Part shown: positions 25,221-29,249 of the stretch, one piece after another
Position numbering within the stretch: position 1 is the stretch's first letter
Layout of the letters: each line of letters opens with the position of its first letter
From: a virus
Lineage: Duplodnaviria > Caudoviricetes
DNA: 29,249 bases
Strand: one strand, 5' to 3'
Virus record (IMG/VR): IMGVR_UViG_3300035547_000161
Location: 1 to 29,249 of that record
The notes under the pieces: model-generated
What the model was told of the DNA's origin: nothing
Databases searched by the model: none
What the model saw: only the letters and a program-made list of their open reading frames with translations
Made by a program: the position numbers and the translations under genes

Positions 25221-27077
25221 CTATTTGGATTTAGCAGCGAGTTCTTTTGTAGGCGTGAAGTAATCCATCCTCATCCGGTCGGCCTCCTCGAAATACCACA
25301 TCATGATTTCCCTGGCTTTGGAAAATTTCCCCACTTTGTAAAGTGCCTGGGCCACGGCGTAATACACGAGTGGACGCGCGAATATCTCAGGGATTTCAAG
25401 GCAGCTGTAAATAGTCATGGTGTCAGGACGTTCAAGCCCGTATATGGTGAGTGCGTTCCCGTTTGCATCAGCATCCGGCCTGGGATAAATCCAGACATCA
25501 TCATCCCAAGGCACAAAAGCATTCGGCTCTCCGATGTCATGGAACTGGTTGCCGAGGCTTTCCGTGTTCCCTCGAATCAAGCCCTTGGCATCGTTATAAA
25601 TTGCCCCTGCCACATAGATGTAATCGCCTGTGATGTCATAAGAGCCGGTCCCTGTTGCCAAGGTGATATCCTCGCTATATTGCAGGCATTGTGACCGAGA
25701 AACCAAATCCATCACGCCATGGTTGAGCCAGGCAAGCAATTCCGAATCTTGCCATACAACCGGGCTTGGTTCGCGAAGGTAGTATCTCACAAAGTTAATA
25801 AGAGATTGAGCGATGGTGCCATCGCTTAGATAAGAGACAAAAATTGCCCCAGAGACGTCATTATCACCGGGACAACCAACAGCGGCATAAACGCCGTCGG
25901 AGGATAGAGCTCCTGAAAAGCCGAATTCATCTCCTGCCGCGCTAGTGCTGGATGGTGAGAACCACTTATCGTGTTGCAGCCATGTCCCGGTAGTGTTTGA
26001 AAAAAGGTATGAAGCCCCTGTGGTAGATGCAGCACGGGGGGAAGTCGCAAGTATCAGGGTCTTGTCGTCATTGATTGAAGCCGAGAAGCCAAAGCGGTCA
26101 TTTGTCACAGCGTCTACAGGGATAATCTTTTGATCAAGGCTCCAGGAACCAAGAGCATAATCGTATACATATAGGGCACCTTTGGTCCCATGATCAATGG
26201 CAGAAATAAGGGTGGTTAATCCATCGTTAGAAATATTTACTGGAAAACCAAAATCATCTCCATTTGAACCTGCTGATATCTTCTGCTGTTGGCTCCATGT
26301 CGTACCGGACCGGGTGAACACATATGCAGCGCCTACCGTACCGGCCCCGGGGGAGCCAGCAATAATGGTGCCGCCATCGCCTGACATCGCGACACTTACG
26401 CCAAAGTTATCGTCTGCGGCCGTATCACCCCCGGTAAAGGTTTGCTCCAGGCTCCACGTCGCGCCAGCGCGGGAATAAACATGCACTGCACCAGCGAATG
26501 TGGCTGCATCGTCATCACCCCTGGCTCCGATTACAAGTCTGTCGCCGTCATCGGATATTGCCACGCTGGACCCGAAATGGGCAACCTCTTGAGCGCTAGG
26601 ATGCGGGATGCGTTGCTGTTGGCCCCATGTACCGCCCGAATAATAATATACATAAACGGCACCTACTCGGTCTTTGCCGCCTATGTCTTCCAGGGGAGCG
26701 CCCACGGCGATATAAGATCCGTCCTCAGACACACCTACGCTGAAACCGAACCAGGCATACGCATTGATCGCAACGGAAGGGGCCAACTTTTGCGACTGTG
26801 GCCATCCGACGCATTCGGCTCGGCAAAAGACATAGGCGGCACCGTCGGCATCGTTGATGACGGTGCCGCTTGGTGCGCCGGCTACCATTACGGAACTGTC
26901 ACCCGAAATAGCGACAGGATTTATCCCGTAGCCCAAGGAATCCTGGGAGATGGCATCAAGGGCAGCGGATCGGTAAATTTCTTCCGGCAGATATAGTGGA
27001 TCATCCGCTGCAGCGCTCACGGCAAAAAAACAAAAAAAACACAGGAGCGTAACAGCGATTGCTGCACGTCTTATCAT
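25221..27077 (-). CDS. Signal peptide, 7-bladed FG-GAP beta-propeller and C-terminal head-tail adaptor/ring domain, 618 aa
   Basis: AAGGAG SD and MIRRAAIAVTLLCFFCFFAVSAAA signal. Seven FG.SV.(I/M)S.DG...(V/I)GAP-type blades (~25834-26940). The last ~200 aa are clearly paralogous to the 230-aa neighbour. Confidence 0.88.
   Translation of the reverse strand: MIRRAAIAVTLLCFFCFFAVSAAADDPLYLPEEIYRSAALDAISQDSLGYGINPVAISGDSSVMVAGAPSGTVINDADGAAYVFCRAECVGWPQSQKLAPSVAINAYAWFGFSVGVSEDGSYIAVGAPLEDIGGKDRVGAVYVYYYSGGTWGQQQRIPHPSAQEVAHFGSSVAISDDGDRLVIGARGDDDAATFAGAVHVYSRAGATWSLEQTFTGGDTAADDNFGVSVAMSGDGGTIIAGSPGAGTVGAAYVFTRSGTTWSQQQKISAGSNGDDFGFPVNISNDGLTTLISAIDHGTKGALYVYDYALGSWSLDQKIIPVDAVTNDRFGFSASINDDKTLILATSPRAASTTGASYLFSNTTGTWLQHDKWFSPSSTSAAGDEFGFSGALSSDGVYAAVGCPGDNDVSGAIFVSYLSDGTIAQSLINFVRYYLREPSPVVWQDSELLAWLNHGVMDLVSRSQCLQYSEDITLATGTGSYDITGDYIYVAGAIYNDAKGLIRGNTESLGNQFHDIGEPNAFVPWDDDVWIYPRPDADANGNALTIYGLERPDTMTIYSCLEIPEIFARPLVYYAVAQALYKVGKFSKAREIMMWYFEEADRMRMDYFTPTKELAAKSK
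27024..27041 (-). repeat. Homopolymer tracts T8-G-T7 forming a 9-bp tandem duplication (TGTTTTTTT x2) in the signal-peptide coding region
   Basis: Plus strand reads aaaaaaa-c-aaaaaaaa-ca; encodes CFFCFF. Confidence 0.85.
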
Positions 27078-27087
27078 GGCCTCTCCT

Positions 27088-27780
27088 TTATTTCGCTATT
27101 TCAAGGGGCTCCTTGGGAATGACGTTGTAATCGGTGCGGTAGCGGTCAAGCTCGTGCATATACAGCGTGGTAAAATACTGCGATTTGGCGAATTGGCCAA
27201 CCTTACTGAAGGCTTGGGCGACAACGTAATAAACAAGTGCCTTGTCGTAATGGGCGGGCACAAGGATGGCATCGGTTAAAGCAGCCAACTCTGCAGGTCG
27301 CTCGACACCGAACAAAGTTATATTTTTCAACGCTGCATCGGTATCCGGTTTAGGATAGACCCAAATTTCATCATTCCACACGAAATAGGCGTTTGGTTCC
27401 CCGATTTCGTGAAACTGGTTGCCGAGGCTCTGAGGGTTGCCTCTAATCAAGCCTTTCGTATCATTGTAGATAACTGCTGTGATAAAAATGTAATCCTGGA
27501 TGATGGGATAGTTGAGTTGAGAAGCCACCAGGGCGATATCTTCTGTGTATTCGAGGCATTGGCTCCTGGCGACGATATCCATAGTGCCGTGGTTGATCCA
27601 TTTCAGCAACTCGTCGTCATCGTCCCACACATTCTCATTGGGCTCGTTGAGGTAATACCTTGCGTAAGCTATGATCTCCGACGCTAAAGCCCCGGAAGCC
27701 GCCTGCGATCCTGCAAATGCGGCGCACGGCAGGAAAAAGATCAGCGCGATGAACATGCCGTACTTGAAAAATCTTTTCAT
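27088..27780 (-). CDS. Head-tail adaptor/tail-ring-like protein with signal peptide, 230 aa
   Basis: AAGGAG SD and MKRFFKYGMFIALIFFLPCAAFA signal. Adaptor pattern: II..AR..L.E....W.D.ELL.WIN.G...GEP..Y......IWVYP.PD...VP..Y..ALVYYV. Confidence 0.82.
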   Translation of the reverse strand: MKRFFKYGMFIALIFFLPCAAFAGSQAASGALASEIIAYARYYLNEPNENVWDDDDELLKWINHGTMDIVARSQCLEYTEDIALVASQLNYPIIQDYIFITAVIYNDTKGLIRGNPQSLGNQFHEIGEPNAYFVWNDEIWVYPKPDTDAALKNITLFGVERPAELAALTDAILVPAHYDKALVYYVVAQAFSKVGQFAKSQYFTTLYMHELDRYRTDYNVIPKEPLEIAK

Positions 27781-27799
27781 AATTGGTTCTCCTTTGTGT

Positions 27800-28501
27800 T
27801 TATCGTAATAGGTTGCGTCTTACAATGTTCTCCGAAGCGTTTTTCACCTCTTCTGCGTACATGCCTTTGTAGGATTCAAGGCTGTTTTTATCCCCGTGTT
27901 TAAGTGCCACACGCATGGCAACGTAGTAGATAAGCGCCTGGTCCAGGTAATAAGGGGTCCCTATGTTGTCGCTCACCGACGACACCGATGTAGGCATGGC
28001 AACAGCATAAAGATTGAGTGTGTCCCCGGCATGGTCCGCTGTCGGGATCGGCCACACGATCAGGTCATTATCCCAAATGGTGAAGGCCTTTGGCCTCCCA
28101 CGCTCCTTCTCCTGCCCGGTACGGATGTTGTAGATCGGCGCTCGGATCAGGGTTGAGACTCGCACCGGGTCAGTGGTGTCTTCGCTATCGTACCAGCATC
28201 CCTCAACGGACAGGAAATCGGTGGTTATATCGTAGGTGTACTGGTTTTCGACAATCGTGATACTGATCGTCGTTTCTTCGAGGCACCCGGTCTTATTGGC
28301 GAGATCCACCATGCCGTCATTGATCCACGATATGATGTCGTCATTTGACACGGTACGCGCCGAAGGCTCCCATATCTCAAGACGCACCCTTTCGATGATG
28401 GTCGAAACCGTGGTCGTCGAGGTAGTCTGTGTCCCGGCGTATGCCGTTACCGAAACGCACAGCACCGCGAGGAGGATGAATACAAAGCGTTTCATCATCA
28501 T
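27800..28501 (-). CDS. Head-tail adaptor/tail-ring-like protein with signal peptide, 233 aa
   Basis: MMMKRFVFILLAVLCVSVTAYA signal. IIERVR..I.EP....SNDDIISWINDG...GRPKAF..W...LIVWPIP...P.YLDQALIYYVA is the same fold pattern as the two downstream genes. Confidence 0.82.
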   Translation of the reverse strand: MMMKRFVFILLAVLCVSVTAYAGTQTTSTTTVSTIIERVRLEIWEPSARTVSNDDIISWINDGMVDLANKTGCLEETTISITIVENQYTYDITTDFLSVEGCWYDSEDTTDPVRVSTLIRAPIYNIRTGQEKERGRPKAFTIWDNDLIVWPIPTADHAGDTLNLYAVAMPTSVSSVSDNIGTPYYLDQALIYYVAMRVALKHGDKNSLESYKGMYAEEVKNASENIVRRNLLR

Positions 28502-28504
28502 TGC

Positions 28505-29249
28505 TCAACCCCTTATCCCGGTCGAATATCCGCCCTGCCGTTGCCCTAACAGCCTCCGGCTCAACTCAACGATCTTGATCTCATCCTCCATCGCCTTTTG
28601 CGCCCACACCTGAGCATAAAGGATCTCGACCCTGGTGTTGTCGCCCACCACATCCCCCGCACGGGTGAATGTCCGTCGCTGCCGTTCGGTGTTGGTGATC
28701 AGATTCGCCAGGGCCTTGTGCCAGATATAATCATGGGCTTCGGGCGGATGAAGCGGATACGTTGAAACATCCCAGGTCTCGATGTCGTCAAACCCTTTTA
28801 TAAGTTCTAGGATCACGTTGTGAGCGGTCCCGCTTGGCTGGAAGTAAACCCTGTGTTTGATGTAGTCTTTGAGTTGCGAGGTGTAGCCAAACCGTTCATA
28901 CCTATACCAAGCCGGAACATCGCTCGCTATGACAAGATCTTCTCGGAAGGCGAGGCTATCAAGCGGAGCCGACTCCACTGGCTTGTTATCGAACCAAACC
29001 GAGTGCACATCATTGATATGCCAATCAATCCCAGGTTCTATATCCGATGCCGGGAGGGTGACTCCGGCGTGATAAACCGCCCCCCCGGAAACGTACTCCG
29101 TGTAATTGGTAGTATCAATGCGGGCCAGATCGTTAATGTCCTTGATGTAGAATGTATCGCTGTCGATACTTTCGACGAGAAAGTACCTGCCTGTAAGCTT
29201 GTCCATATCACCGCCGTAAATAACCACCACGTCATCGTTCTCGAAGCCG
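28505..29249 (-). CDS. Adaptor/ring-like tail protein with E1-FCCH-like insert; 5' end outside the window
   Basis: Frame is open to the right edge (..GFENDDVVVIYGGDMDKLTGRYFLVESIDSDTF...IDTTNYTEYVSGG, the FCCH-like pattern seen in phage tail proteins). C-terminal P.WY...VYFQP...HPPEAHDYIWHKALA resembles the adaptor C-half. Confidence 0.7.
   Translation of the reverse strand, partial: GFENDDVVVIYGGDMDKLTGRYFLVESIDSDTFYIKDINDLARIDTTNYTEYVSGGAVYHAGVTLPASDIEPGIDWHINDVHSVWFDNKPVESAPLDSLAFREDLVIASDVPAWYRYERFGYTSQLKDYIKHRVYFQPSGTAHNVILELIKGFDDIETWDVSTYPLHPPEAHDYIWHKALANLITNTERQRRTFTRAGDVVGDNTRVEILYAQVWAQKAMEDEIKIVELSRRLLGQRQGGYSTGIRG

Larger units (their letters stand above)
1..29249 (-). mobile_element. 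Tailed phage/prophage virion morphogenesis region (tail adaptors, nozzle, ejection proteins, giant DarB-like protein); extends beyond both window edges
   Basis: Co-oriented, tightly packed minus-strand genes. The order adaptor(s), nozzle, small and medium ejection proteins, giant ejection protein matches podovirus-type tail modules. No host housekeeping genes present. Confidence 0.88.

Noticed and set aside
29038-29235. 65-aa minus-strand ORF, and the track's start at 29230 for the last gene
   Set aside because: The 65-aa ORF is an alternative-frame shadow. The main frame stays open to the window edge, so the true start lies outside the window.

Overview
This window is the virion tail and ejection module of a tailed, podovirus-like phage or prophage. 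Almost all genes lie on the minus strand as one tightly coupled operon with clear SD sites and overlapping stop/start codons. Reading right to left: four tandem paralogues of a head-tail adaptor/tail-ring fold (one with an FCCH-like insert, one fused to a 7-bladed FG-GAP propeller); a 1566-aa tail nozzle/stabilisation-like protein with a 22-aa Pro-rich repeat stalk and a LamG domain; a small peptide; four probable internal/ejection proteins (one ending in a CFI-box-CTERM-like domain); a 5210-aa polyvalent DarB-like protein (N6-adenine MTase, SNF2 helicase, zincin, ART-like domains); and two small structural genes. The most striking pattern is that every putative external virion protein whose start is visible begins with a Sec-type signal peptide, while the putative ejected cargo proteins have none. 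This suggests the tail is exported and assembled outside the cytoplasm. Two hidden genes were also found: a TnpV-like ORF nested in the +1 frame of the giant gene with a strong SD, and an antisense mini-gene with its own sigma70-like promoter and SD. No RNA genes, CRISPR arrays or IS elements were seen. All family assignments come from motif recognition by eye, not database searches.
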